64,000 nucleotides of DNA. Source: an uncultured Bdellovibrionales bacterium. Its GTDB lineage: Bacteria; Patescibacteriota; Minisyncoccia; Moranbacterales; UBA2206. Location of the stretch: the NCBI GenBank assembly GCA_964538685.1, contig CAZIFD010000001.1:13221-77220 (forward strand), in the 5' to 3' direction. Each line of letters begins with the position of its first letter. Position 1 is the stretch's first letter. The notes under the pieces were generated by a model. That model had not been told where the DNA came from and ran no database searches. It saw only the letters and a program-made list of their open reading frames with translations. The translations under genes were made by a program, and so were the position numbers. Shown here piece after piece: positions 38,679-47,961 of this stretch.

Positions 38679-40240
38679 TTCATTGCTTTCATCATTTTTC
38701 GTGCAACTGCTTCCAAAACAGTCACAGTCACGGAATTTCCAGCTTGCTTGTAAAGTGCAGAGTCGGCCAAGGCTGGAAGCTTGAAATTTTTTGGAAAACC
38801 TTGCAGTCTAAAACATTCAATTGGAGTCAGCTTTCTGATTCCTTTTTTGTCTTTAATAATTGGAACATTGTGACCTCCCATGCCCATATTGGCAGTGAGA
38901 GTGGGGCATACACCCTTTTTATTTTCCCGGACATATTGTCTTCTCCATTGATAAACCTTTCCTTCTTCTTTCACAAATCCTTTAAGTTTTGCGAAAAGAG
39001 GCTTACCATTATAATAGTATTTTTCAGGCACATTTTTCTCTAAAAGATCCGTGACTTTAACTTTTAATTTTTGTGGCTCAGGAAATTCAAATTTATCTAT
39101 ATAATTCTTATTTTTGAATCCCACAATATAAATTCTTTCCCGATTTTGTGGAATGTTTCCGTATTCCATGCTATTCAAAACTTTAGTTTTTACATGATAT
39201 CCCAAGTCTTCCAATGTTTTGAGAATTATTTTAAAGGTTTTTCCTCCATCGTGTCCTCTTAAATTTTTTACATTTTCCAAAAGGAATCCGGTAGGACTTC
39301 TTGTTTCTAAAATTCTCGCGATGTCAAAAAATAAATTGCCACGATCTTTTTCATCATTGAATCCCTTGCGGTATCCAGCTATGGAAAATGCCTGGCAGGG
39401 AAATCCGCCTAAAAGAAAATCAAATTCCGGCAAATCACCAATGCTGATTTTTCTTATGTCTTCTACGATGAGTTTGGATTTTTTGAAATTCAAATCATAG
39501 GTAGCTTTGCAATTTTTTTCAAAGTCATTTGCAAAAACTGTCTCAAAGCCTGCATTTTCAAATCCAAGCCTGATGCCTCCGACTCCAGCAAACAAATCAA
39601 GCGTTCTAAAAAGTTTTTGCTTGGTTGCATTGTTATTTTCAAGGCTTCTTTTTATCTCAATAACCACGCCTCTAATTTCAACCTCTTTTCTGTAAATCGG
39701 AAGCATTGTTTGGTTTGCCGGTTGTAACCGGAACTTGTTTTTTTCTCGGTAAATTTTTTTTAATGTAGCCTCGTTGTCGTCAATTATTGCAACAACAGTC
39801 TGACCATTTTCCGCCACAGATTGTTTTTTAATGACTACAATGTCCCCGTCAAATATTCCATCATCAATCATACTATCTCCTTGCACTCTTAGGGCATAAT
39901 ATTTTCCAGATTTGTTTATGGTGCTAGTAGCAATCATTATATTTTCATCTCTTGTTTCAATAGCTTTAATCGGCTGTCCAGCTGCGATTGTTCCGACAAA
40001 TGGTATTTTGACTAAGTTATATGGGCTTTTCTTTTTCAATTCAATCCCTCTGGCCGAGCTTCCGTTTTTTTCTATAAATCCTTTTTTCTCTAATGTTTCA
40101 ATATGTTGGTGTACGGTTGATAGTGCAGATAGTTTAAAATGTTTCCGTATTTCTTCAATGGTGGGGGATAATCCTTTTTTGTTGATATAGGATGTTATAA
40201 AGTCCAGTATTTTTTTTTGCTTTTTTGTTAGTGTGGGCAT
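38675..40240 (-). CDS. LexA-like repressor (wHTH + intact S24 autopeptidase domain) fused to a C5-cytosine DNA methyltransferase
   Basis: N-terminal 200 aa: LexA DBD, cleavage-site-like AAGQP, RVQGDSMIDDGIFDGDIVVIKK...ATLKKIY (Ser/Lys dyad). C-terminal 320 aa: m5C-MTase motifs DLFAGVGGIRLGFENAG (I), GGFPCQAFSIAG (IV), ENVKNL (VI), QAGNSV (X). Confidence 0.8.
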   Translation of the reverse strand: MPTLTKKQKKILDFITSYINKKGLSPTIEEIRKHFKLSALSTVHQHIETLEKKGFIEKNGSSARGIELKKKSPYNLVKIPFVGTIAAGQPIKAIETRDENIMIATSTINKSGKYYALRVQGDSMIDDGIFDGDIVVIKKQSVAENGQTVVAIIDDNEATLKKIYREKNKFRLQPANQTMLPIYRKEVEIRGVVIEIKRSLENNNATKQKLFRTLDLFAGVGGIRLGFENAGFETVFANDFEKNCKATYDLNFKKSKLIVEDIRKISIGDLPEFDFLLGGFPCQAFSIAGYRKGFNDEKDRGNLFFDIARILETRSPTGFLLENVKNLRGHDGGKTFKIILKTLEDLGYHVKTKVLNSMEYGNIPQNRERIYIVGFKNKNYIDKFEFPEPQKLKVKVTDLLEKNVPEKYYYNGKPLFAKLKGFVKEEGKVYQWRRQYVRENKKGVCPTLTANMGMGGHNVPIIKDKKGIRKLTPIECFRLQGFPKNFKLPALADSALYKQAGNSVTVTVLEAVARKMMKAMN

Positions 40241-40541
40241 ATAATTAGCCTAATATAAGTTTATTATATTAGTATTATATACCGAAAATTTACCGAAGTA
40301 CAAATACATCCAATTACGGCTTAAAATAACCCAATAATATATTGAGTCGAGACCGTCATCGACCGGGATTTTCCTTAAAGCTTACCTAAAACTAGGTGCT
40401 AGACCGGAACGGTGTGCATAGTAAAATCAAACCAAATAGAGTCTTATTTAGGGCCTCTTTTTTGGTTCTAACTTTTTGCTAAGCGTGTATGATGTTAGAG
40501 CTTTGTGTGGCAAAAGAGAAATATAAATTTTAACTAATCCT

Positions 40542-41528
40542 ATGATTCCACAAAAACTAAGATGGGGAGATGAAATAAGAGTTGTCGCTCCCTCAAGCAG
40601 TCTTTCAATTATTTCTAAAGAAAATAGGGAATTGGCGATAAAAAAATTAAGCGAATTGGGTTTTAAAATATCATTTTCTAAAAATGTGGAAGAAATTGAC
40701 GACTTTAAATCTTCGTCAATTGAGTCAAGAATATCCGATTTGCATGAAGCATTTTCAGATAAAAATGTAAAAGGAATTTTAACAGCAGTTGGTGGTTTTA
40801 ATGTTAACCAGATATTAAAATATCTTGATTATGAATTGATAAAAAATAATCCCAAGATTTTATGTGGTTATTCAGATATCACCGCTCTATCTAATGCAAT
40901 CTATACAAAAACAGGACTGGTTAACTATTCAGGTCCTGTTTTTTCGACCTTTGGTATGATGAAAGGAAACGACTATACAGTTGAATATTTCAAGAAATGT
41001 CTATCAGAAGAAAAAGCATTTGAAATTGGGCCATCTAGAGAATGGAGTGATGATAAATGGTATTTGGATCAAGAGAAAAGAGAATTTATTAAAAATAATG
41101 GTGAAATGATAATAAATGAAGGAGAAGCAGAAAGTAAGATAATCGGAGGTAATTTATGTACATTTAACCTTTTGATTGGGACAGAATTTATGCCAAGTAT
41201 CAAGAATTCAATTTTATTTTTAGAAGATGATAATATGGTTGGAGAATTATTCATCAAAGAGTTTGATCGAAATTTGCAGTCATTGCTTCATCAGCCAGAA
41301 TTTTCTGCTGTAAAGGGGATTGTTCTGGGTCGTTTTCAAAAAAGTGGCAATATGAAAAAAGATAAGATTGTAAAAATGATTAAAAATAAAAGGGAGCTTG
41401 AGAATATCCCTATTGTGGCTAATTTAGATTTTGGGCATACTTCTCCGTTATTTACCTTTCCAATCGGTGGAATTGCCAAGCTTTCAGCTAATAAGGGTAA
41501 TGTGAAATTAGAAATTATTGAACATTAA
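40542..41528 (+). CDS. LD-carboxypeptidase (S66 family, LdcA/MccF-like)
   Basis: GDEIRVVAPSSS..., GILTAVGGFNVNQIL, CGYSDITAL (Ser nucleophile), C-terminal His/Glu region. Confidence 0.7.
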   Translation: MIPQKLRWGDEIRVVAPSSSLSIISKENRELAIKKLSELGFKISFSKNVEEIDDFKSSSIESRISDLHEAFSDKNVKGILTAVGGFNVNQILKYLDYELIKNNPKILCGYSDITALSNAIYTKTGLVNYSGPVFSTFGMMKGNDYTVEYFKKCLSEEKAFEIGPSREWSDDKWYLDQEKREFIKNNGEMIINEGEAESKIIGGNLCTFNLLIGTEFMPSIKNSILFLEDDNMVGELFIKEFDRNLQSLLHQPEFSAVKGIVLGRFQKSGNMKKDKIVKMIKNKRELENIPIVANLDFGHTSPLFTFPIGGIAKLSANKGNVKLEIIEH

Positions 41529-41812
41529 TAGAGGCAACCTAAGCTGGGAATGTAAAAATGCTCATTATTTAATTTCTAACATATTTCTAAAATCCTTCAC
41601 AATGCCTGCAAATCATCAATAAACGCCTGAAAGAGGGCGTTTTTTAGTGTTTTTGCACGACACAATATATATTGTGTCGTATCCGACTTGGTGATATAAT
41701 AAAGAAAATCATATGTGGTTAGATAGGGTTGTTTTCAGAAATTTAAATAAATATATTATAATTAACAAATTAATTTTTTGAGTAGAATTAATTATTAAAA
41801 AAATATAAACAT

Positions 41813-42205
41813 ATGTCAGAATTGGAAATGCCAAGTAGTATTGACGAGGGATTAAAATACAAAACAGAAAAAAATCAGGAATATATTCCCACGGCAGAAG
41901 AAGTGCTGTCTTTGTTTAAAGAATTGGTCGGAGAGAATGAATTTGTTGAAATAAGAAAATTGGAGGATGAGCAAGGACTGTATTTGTGGGAAATTGAAAT
42001 CACCCGAGAAGATGGAGGAATAACTAGGTATTCCTATATTAGAAAAGGTAATTATAGAGAGAAAGGTCTTCCTGGCGGTTCTGCGTCAGTAACGGCAATC
42101 CATGTTGCACATTTTAATAATGAAGGATTGCCAATCAGCGGACGTTCCGTATGTAAACTTATTGAAGGAGAATGGAAAAAAATTTCATATATTGGAAACA
42201 ATTAA
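41813..42205 (+). CDS. hypothetical protein (130 aa)
   Basis: ORF preceded by terminator + ACACAATATATATTGTGT palindrome + TGaTATAAT promoter. Confidence 0.45.
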   Translation: MSELEMPSSIDEGLKYKTEKNQEYIPTAEEVLSLFKELVGENEFVEIRKLEDEQGLYLWEIEITREDGGITRYSYIRKGNYREKGLPGGSASVTAIHVAHFNNEGLPISGRSVCKLIEGEWKKISYIGNN

Positions 42206-42485
42206 ATACAGAGATATCTCTTTTTTCAATAAGGTTAAAAAATTTCAATTATGTCATTATTTCCTTTATTCTTTTCACTTTGCTATTAATACTTTCTCAA
42301 ATTTCCAAAATATTGTTACGGGTCGTATCCATAAGTTCGTGCATAGTAATAAAGTGGGCTTAATTGCTCACTTTTTGCTTTTGTAGAATTATTTTTTGTT
42401 GATTCTAAATTTTTCTATCTTGGAATAGTTCTGAACGGTATTTTTTTTAATTCTTGACAACTTGAAAATTTTTTATAAAATATAA

Positions 42486-42512
42486 TTAGCAGTCTGGTGA
42501 TGTGAGTGCTAA
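42486..42512 (+). promoter_or_regulatory. CIRCE element (HrcA operator) TTAGCAGTC-N9-GAGTGCTAA upstream of hsp20
   Basis: ttagcagtctggtgatgtgagtgctaa: 8/9 + 9/9 match to TTAGCACTC-N9-GAGTGCTAA. Sits directly downstream of the TATAAT at 42481-42486. Confidence 0.65.
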
Positions 42513-42697
42513 TCGTTGATTTTGTTAGTTTCAGTTTGGTTTTGTTGGTGCTAAAAAAATAGAAAAAATATAAAGCTGAAATCTTTTTATGACAATATAT
42601 GCAACAAGAGATGTGCTGGAAACGATGTGATAATAAAAAGTTACTGTAATAATTATGAAAAATTTTGTTTAAATTTGGAAAGGAGGTGATAATAGTT

Positions 42698-43105
42698 ATG
42701 CCAAGAGGATTAATGCGATGGTCTCCAATGTGGGACATGGAAAAATTTTTCGATGATGGTTTATGGGAAAGAAGCGATTTCTCCCCGGCTATTGATGTTC
42801 GCCAAGACAAGGACAATGTGATTGTGGAAACATCTCTTCCTGGTATTGATCCTGATAAAGTTGAGATTTCAGTGGAAAATGATGTTCTTACTATTTCAGG
42901 ACACACCGAAGAAAGGAAGGAAACCAAAAGAGAAGATTATTATCGTAAAGAAATTAGAGAGGGAAGTTTTTCACGCTCCGTGATTCTTCCGATGGGCGTC
43001 AAAGCTGATCAGGCTGAGGCAAATTATGAGAAGGGTATACTTAGAATTTCTTTGCCTAAGGCCGAAGAAGCCAAGCCGAAAAAGATTGCTATTAAGGCAA
43101 AATAA
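42698..43105 (+). CDS. Hsp20/alpha-crystallin family small heat-shock protein
   Basis: Strong RBS aaaggaggtga. PAIDVRQDKDNVIVETSLPGIDPDKVEISVENDVLTISG...GSFSRSVILP. Confidence 0.85.
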   Translation: MPRGLMRWSPMWDMEKFFDDGLWERSDFSPAIDVRQDKDNVIVETSLPGIDPDKVEISVENDVLTISGHTEERKETKREDYYRKEIREGSFSRSVILPMGVKADQAEANYEKGILRISLPKAEEAKPKKIAIKAK

Positions 43106-43187
43106 TTTTTTCTTAGGTCGCTTGATTTTCAAGCGGCCAATAGAAAAAATTATTTTTTAAAATTTTAATTATTAAGATTGAAAAAAT

Positions 43188-44471
43188 ATGAATTGGAAAA
43201 AAAATTTTAACTTATCACTCAAGATTTTGATAATTATATTATTAGTAATTGCTTTTCTCGGTGGAGGTATGTTTTATATTGGAATTAGGTCAATAGGATG
43301 GAGTGTGGAAAAATATCAAGAATGGAAAACGGAAAAAACTGAAAATTTTTTTGTAGGAATAAAAGATATATTCAAGAAAAGAGAATTGAAAAATTTACAA
43401 CCAGTGAAGGTGGTCGATGAGCAATCGCAAGTGATTGAAGTTGTCAAAAAAGCTTCGCCAGCCGTAGTGAGCATAGTAGCAACTGCTGAAATTCCTACTT
43501 TTGAAAATTATTTCGATGTGCCGTTCGGCGTGCCTCAAGGCTTTGAGGAGTTTTTTGGTGTGCCGCGCCGCAGACAAAATGGAACACAAGAACAAAAGAT
43601 TGGAGCAGGCACTGGTTTTTTGGTTTCTTCTGATGGCTATATTATTACCAATAAACATGTGGTTAGCGATAAAGAAGCGGATTATACGGTCTATTTAAAT
43701 GATGAAAGCAACAAAGGAGAAAAAATCAAAGCCAAAGTGGTGGCGCGCGATCCCAAAAATGATTTGGCGGTTTTAAAAATTGATAAGAAAAACTTGCCAT
43801 TTTTGGAATTTTCCGATTCCGGCAAACTGCAAGTCGGCCAAACGGTTATTACCATAGGGTATGCTTTGGGAGAATTTGATAATACCGTTAGCAAGGGCGT
43901 GATTTCCGGACTTTCACGATCAATCACTGCTGGTGGTGGCTTTGCTCGTGCTGAAAATCTGAAAAATTTGATTCAAACAGATGCTGCTATCAATCCCGGT
44001 AATTCCGGCGGTCCGATGTTGGACATTGAAGGAAGTGTTATTGGCGTGAATGTGGCCATGGCTAGCGCCGAAAATATCGGTTTTGCTATCTTGGGTAACG
44101 AAGCCAAAGATGTTTTCGAACAAGTTAAAAATACTGGCAGTATTAAGGGCAAAGAAACCGCTTTTTTGGGTGTGCGCTATTTGCTGATAACTGAAGATAT
44201 AAAAACCAATAATAATCTGCCTTACAGTTATGGAGCTTTGGTTTCTCGCGGAGAAAGCCGATCAGATTTGGCGGTAACTCCAGGTTCTCCGGCCGATAAA
44301 GCTGGAATCATGGAAAACGATATTATTTTGGAAGTTGATGGAAAAAAAGTCAATGAAAGAAATCAATTGGCTGATTTGATTTCCGGATATAAGCCGGGTG
44401 ATGAAGTCAGTTTGAAAATTTATCACAAAGGTGATGAGAAGGAAATAAAAGTGACACTGGGTAAAAATTAA
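43188..44471 (+). CDS. htrA: HtrA/DegP-family serine protease (trypsin-like domain + PDZ)
   Basis: GTGFLVSSDGYIITNKHVV (His), TDAAINPGNSGGPM (Ser), C-terminal PDZ. Confidence 0.85.
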   Translation: MNWKKNFNLSLKILIIILLVIAFLGGGMFYIGIRSIGWSVEKYQEWKTEKTENFFVGIKDIFKKRELKNLQPVKVVDEQSQVIEVVKKASPAVVSIVATAEIPTFENYFDVPFGVPQGFEEFFGVPRRRQNGTQEQKIGAGTGFLVSSDGYIITNKHVVSDKEADYTVYLNDESNKGEKIKAKVVARDPKNDLAVLKIDKKNLPFLEFSDSGKLQVGQTVITIGYALGEFDNTVSKGVISGLSRSITAGGGFARAENLKNLIQTDAAINPGNSGGPMLDIEGSVIGVNVAMASAENIGFAILGNEAKDVFEQVKNTGSIKGKETAFLGVRYLLITEDIKTNNNLPYSYGALVSRGESRSDLAVTPGSPADKAGIMENDIILEVDGKKVNERNQLADLISGYKPGDEVSLKIYHKGDEKEIKVTLGKN

Positions 44472-44539
44472 AAGGCTAATAGTTCTATTGACAAATTAAT
44501 ATAATGGGTATATATTCATAATATAGGATATATATAAAA

Positions 44540-44812
44540 TTGCCTAAAGAAAATAAAATAGAAAGGCAGGTGATAAATATGCCCAAACAAGATAAAACAG
44601 GACCAACAGGAGCCGGACCGGGAACCGGAAGAGGAATGGGTGTTTGTGGAACCGGATTTGGGATCGGACGGAGTTGTGGAAGAGGATTTGGCAGAAGGAG
44701 CTTTAATGCTTTAAGCGGATATGAAAAAAAAGAATTATTAAAAGCGGAGATTGAAGAATTGAAACAAGAGCTTCATTTGGCGGAGGAAGAATTGAAAGAA
44801 TTGGAAAATTAA
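44540..44812 (+). CDS. DUF5320-like small protein (Gly-rich segment + coiled coil)
   Basis: GAGPGTGRGMGVCGTGFGIGRSCGRGFGRR, followed by LKAEIEELKQELHLAEEELKELE. Confidence 0.5.
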   Translation: MPKENKIERQVINMPKQDKTGPTGAGPGTGRGMGVCGTGFGIGRSCGRGFGRRSFNALSGYEKKELLKAEIEELKQELHLAEEELKELEN

Positions 44813-44909
44813 AAAAGTTCCGTTGAAAATAAAATTCCTTTTTCTTTGGTTGGCAAGGAAGAAGGATTTTATTTTTGATGATATAATAAAATAAACTAAG
44901 AAATATTTT

Positions 44910-45185
44910 ATGGTTAGACCAAGAATGTGTCGAAAAATCAGATTCAAACCAAAAGCTTACTATTTCAAGCCCCAAGGGATTCCAATGCATCAATTGGAAG
45001 AAGTTATTTTGGCAAAAGAAGAATTGGAAGCCATCAAGCTAAAAGATTTTGACGGTTTGGAACAAATTGAAGCGGCTAAAAAAATGAATACTTCGCAAAG
45101 CACTTTTCAACGGATTTTAACTTCTGCCAGAAAAAAGCTTGCCGAAGCGATTATAGCGGGAAAAGCCTTGAAAATAGAGGAATAA
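44910..45185 (+). CDS. DUF134/UPF0251-family putative DNA-binding protein (sigma-70 region-4-like HTH)
   Basis: RPRMCRKIRFKPKAYYFKPQGIP ... EELEAIKLKDFDGLEQIEAAKKMNTSQSTFQRIL. Confidence 0.55.
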   Translation: MVRPRMCRKIRFKPKAYYFKPQGIPMHQLEEVILAKEELEAIKLKDFDGLEQIEAAKKMNTSQSTFQRILTSARKKLAEAIIAGKALKIEE

Positions 45186-45319
45186 GCTTTGGGTAATAAT
45201 TGCAAGTAAGGAAGCTGTTTTTTTTGCTTCTCAAAATGTGCTAAAATCAAAAGACAATGGGTTGAATATGCTAATGAAAACTAGGAAAAAATTGTTTTAA
45301 ATCCAGATAAATATTTTTT

Positions 45320-45862
45320 ATGTCCAAACCGGAAAAAAAATTTGTGGATGATGATTTGCAAGGAGCTGTGGAGTTTCTGAATAGCACTTCAGAAAAAATC
45401 ATTGACACCACACGAAATGTTGACAGTCATGCCAATGTTCTTTTGGGATTGGGAATGGCGGTTTTTGCTTTGGCCATCAATGAAATGATGACCTCGGAGA
45501 AATTGCATATCACTTTTTCTCTGATTGCTTTTTTTTCGGGAGTAAGTTCTATTGTAGCGCTTCTTGCTATCCGTCCGCCACGATTTTTGATTAAAAAAGG
45601 CCAAAAAGAAAGTTTAATGTATACCCGAGAAATCGCTTCTTTTGAATCTTCTGAAAAATATGCCCAAGCGCTTAAAAAAACTGTTTCTTCGGACGACAGT
45701 CTTTTTAATGAATTTGCCACCGAGATTTACAATCTTTCTCGCTATTACTATTTGCCCAAAAGAAAATTATTTTCTCTTTCCAGAAATATTTTTCTTTTTG
45801 GAGTGGTTTTGAGTTTGTTTGTGCTTCTTTTGGAAGTCAAATTTAAATTAAATATTTTTTAA
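45320..45862 (+). CDS. hypothetical membrane protein (3 TM)
   Basis: 180 aa ORF with hydrophobic segments. Confidence 0.45.
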   Translation: MSKPEKKFVDDDLQGAVEFLNSTSEKIIDTTRNVDSHANVLLGLGMAVFALAINEMMTSEKLHITFSLIAFFSGVSSIVALLAIRPPRFLIKKGQKESLMYTREIASFESSEKYAQALKKTVSSDDSLFNEFATEIYNLSRYYYLPKRKLFSLSRNIFLFGVVLSLFVLLLEVKFKLNIF

Positions 45863-45867
45863 TCCGT

Positions 45868-46632
45868 ATGAATAAATTAGTAGTTGGTAATTTGAAGATG
45901 AATTTGGTTTCTCCGGAAGAAAGAGAAAAATATATTGAACTTTGCAAAAGGGAAATAAAGGGGAAAAAACTGGAAAAAATAGAAATGGTTCTTTGTCCGC
46001 CTTTCGTTCATTTGGAAAATTTTTCTAAAAAATTACCCAAAAAAATTTTTTTGGGCGCCCAAGATTGTTTTTCTGAAGAAAAGGGATCCTACACCGGGGA
46101 AATTTCTCCTTCAATGCTTAAAAATTTGGGTTGCGAATTTGTCATTTTGGGACATAGCGAGCGAAGGCGCTTTCAAGGAGAAACCGAAGAAGAAATTGGA
46201 CTCAAAGTTTCCGCTTCGCTCAAGGCCGGACTCTCTCCGATCATTTGTATAGGAGAAAATATTCAAGAAAGAGAGTCGGGCGAATTTGCGAAGATAATTG
46301 CGGAAGAACTTCTAAGTGCCCTAAGCAATCTCAAGCCGGTTCAGTTGGAAAAAATAGTTGTTGCCTATGAACCAATTTGGTCGGTTGGAACAGATGTTGT
46401 TCCGGCTTCCAATGACATAATGGGTGCCAAGTTGCTTATTCGCAAAGTATTGATTGATAATTTTGGAAAAAAATATGGAAATTTACCTCGGATAATTTAT
46501 GGTGGAAGCGTGAGCTCAAAAACAGTTGAAGCGGTTTGCATCAAATCGGATATGGACGGAGTGCTTGTTGGAAGAGAAAGTCTTTTTCCTGGTGAGTTTA
46601 TGCGTATTGCAGAAATAATTGATAAAAATTAA
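45868..46632 (+). CDS. tpiA: triosephosphate isomerase
   Basis: LVVGNLKMN, ILGHSERR, IYGGSV. Confidence 0.85.
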   Translation: MNKLVVGNLKMNLVSPEEREKYIELCKREIKGKKLEKIEMVLCPPFVHLENFSKKLPKKIFLGAQDCFSEEKGSYTGEISPSMLKNLGCEFVILGHSERRRFQGETEEEIGLKVSASLKAGLSPIICIGENIQERESGEFAKIIAEELLSALSNLKPVQLEKIVVAYEPIWSVGTDVVPASNDIMGAKLLIRKVLIDNFGKKYGNLPRIIYGGSVSSKTVEAVCIKSDMDGVLVGRESLFPGEFMRIAEIIDKN

Positions 46633-46637
46633 AAAAT

Positions 46638-47501
46638 ATGATTGTCAAAGTCAAAGATATTTTGGAAAAAGCAAAAACTGAAGGATACGCAGTTGGAGCT
46701 TTTAACACAACCAACTTGGAAATCACCCAAGGAATAGTTGAGGCGGCTAGTGAGATGAAATCGCCTATCATTATTCAAATCACTGAAAAGACCATGGATT
46801 ATGCCGGAGGACGGATGATTTTTGAAATTATCAGAAAGTTAGCCGAAGACTATTGTCCAAACACTCAGATTGGAATTCATTTGGATCACGGAAAAAGTAT
46901 GGAAATAGTGCAACGGGCGGTGGAAATCGGTTTTTCTTCAGTGATGTATGACGGATCCAGAAAGGATTATGCTGACAATGTTCGCATTACCAAGTCAGTT
47001 GTAGATTATTGTCACGGAAAAGAAGTCTTTGTTCAGGGAGAGTTGGGAAATGTGCCATATCTTAGCGAACAACAATCCGGAGAAGTGGATTGGGATAAAT
47101 ATATGACTGTTCCCGAGGAGGCAAAAAAATTTGTTGAAGAAACCGGAATTGACGCTTTGGCGGTGGCCATTGGGAACGCTCATGATTTTTTCAAAGAAAG
47201 AGAGGTTCCAGATTGGGATAGATTGGCTAAAATTAAATCACTAATTAATATCCCGATAATTTTGCATGGAGCTTCGGATTGGGAAGACGGAAAAGCTGCA
47301 GAAGCCGTGAGGCAAGGAATAAATTGTTTTAATGTGGATACTAACACTCGGTTGGCGTTCACTAACACGCTTAGTCGGCTTTTCAAAAACAATGGTGATG
47401 CTGGATTTGATCCGCGAAAATATTTGGGTCAAGCTCGCGAAGCGGTCAAGGATAGTGTCAGAAAAAAGATAGAGCTTTTTGGCAGTGCGGGAAAAATATA
47501 A
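46638..47501 (+). CDS. fba: class II fructose-bisphosphate aldolase
   Basis: AVGAFNTTNLE, IHLDHG, ILHGASD. Confidence 0.85.
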   Translation: MIVKVKDILEKAKTEGYAVGAFNTTNLEITQGIVEAASEMKSPIIIQITEKTMDYAGGRMIFEIIRKLAEDYCPNTQIGIHLDHGKSMEIVQRAVEIGFSSVMYDGSRKDYADNVRITKSVVDYCHGKEVFVQGELGNVPYLSEQQSGEVDWDKYMTVPEEAKKFVEETGIDALAVAIGNAHDFFKEREVPDWDRLAKIKSLINIPIILHGASDWEDGKAAEAVRQGINCFNVDTNTRLAFTNTLSRLFKNNGDAGFDPRKYLGQAREAVKDSVRKKIELFGSAGKI

Positions 47502-47509
47502 AAACAAAA

Positions 47510-47959
47510 ATGAAAACCGTTCAAAAAATTCTTTTGGAATATGAACCGGAAAAAAGAAACTTACTTTCAGTTCTTCGGGAAATAAATTCCGAGTTCGGAT
47601 ATATTTCGGAAAAATCAGCGAAAGTGGTGGCGGACTATTTTGAATTGCCGATGTCTCAAGTTTTTGAAACAGCTTCTTTTTATGATCTTTTGGAAACAAG
47701 AGAGGTTTCCGGAATTGACATAGAAGTTTGTTTCGGCGGGGGATGTTGCATTTCCGGTTCCGGAAAAATAATTAAAGAAATTGAAAAAATTTTCGGAATC
47801 AAAGAGGGGGATATGGCAAGCAAAAAAATAAGACTGCGAAAAATGAGTTGTGTCGGAATGTGTGATGAAGGACCAGTCGTCAAAATTAACGGAAAAATTT
47901 ATACCAAAGTGGATAAAAATAAATTGGAAAAAATTATTGCCGAAGTCGCAATTTTGTAG
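47510..47959 (+). CDS. NuoE/HoxE/HydC-like [2Fe-2S] thioredoxin-fold subunit
   Basis: CFGGGCCISGSGKI ... MSCVGMCDEGPVVKI. Confidence 0.8.
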   Translation: MKTVQKILLEYEPEKRNLLSVLREINSEFGYISEKSAKVVADYFELPMSQVFETASFYDLLETREVSGIDIEVCFGGGCCISGSGKIIKEIEKIFGIKEGDMASKKIRLRKMSCVGMCDEGPVVKINGKIYTKVDKNKLEKIIAEVAIL

Positions 47960-47961
47960 CA

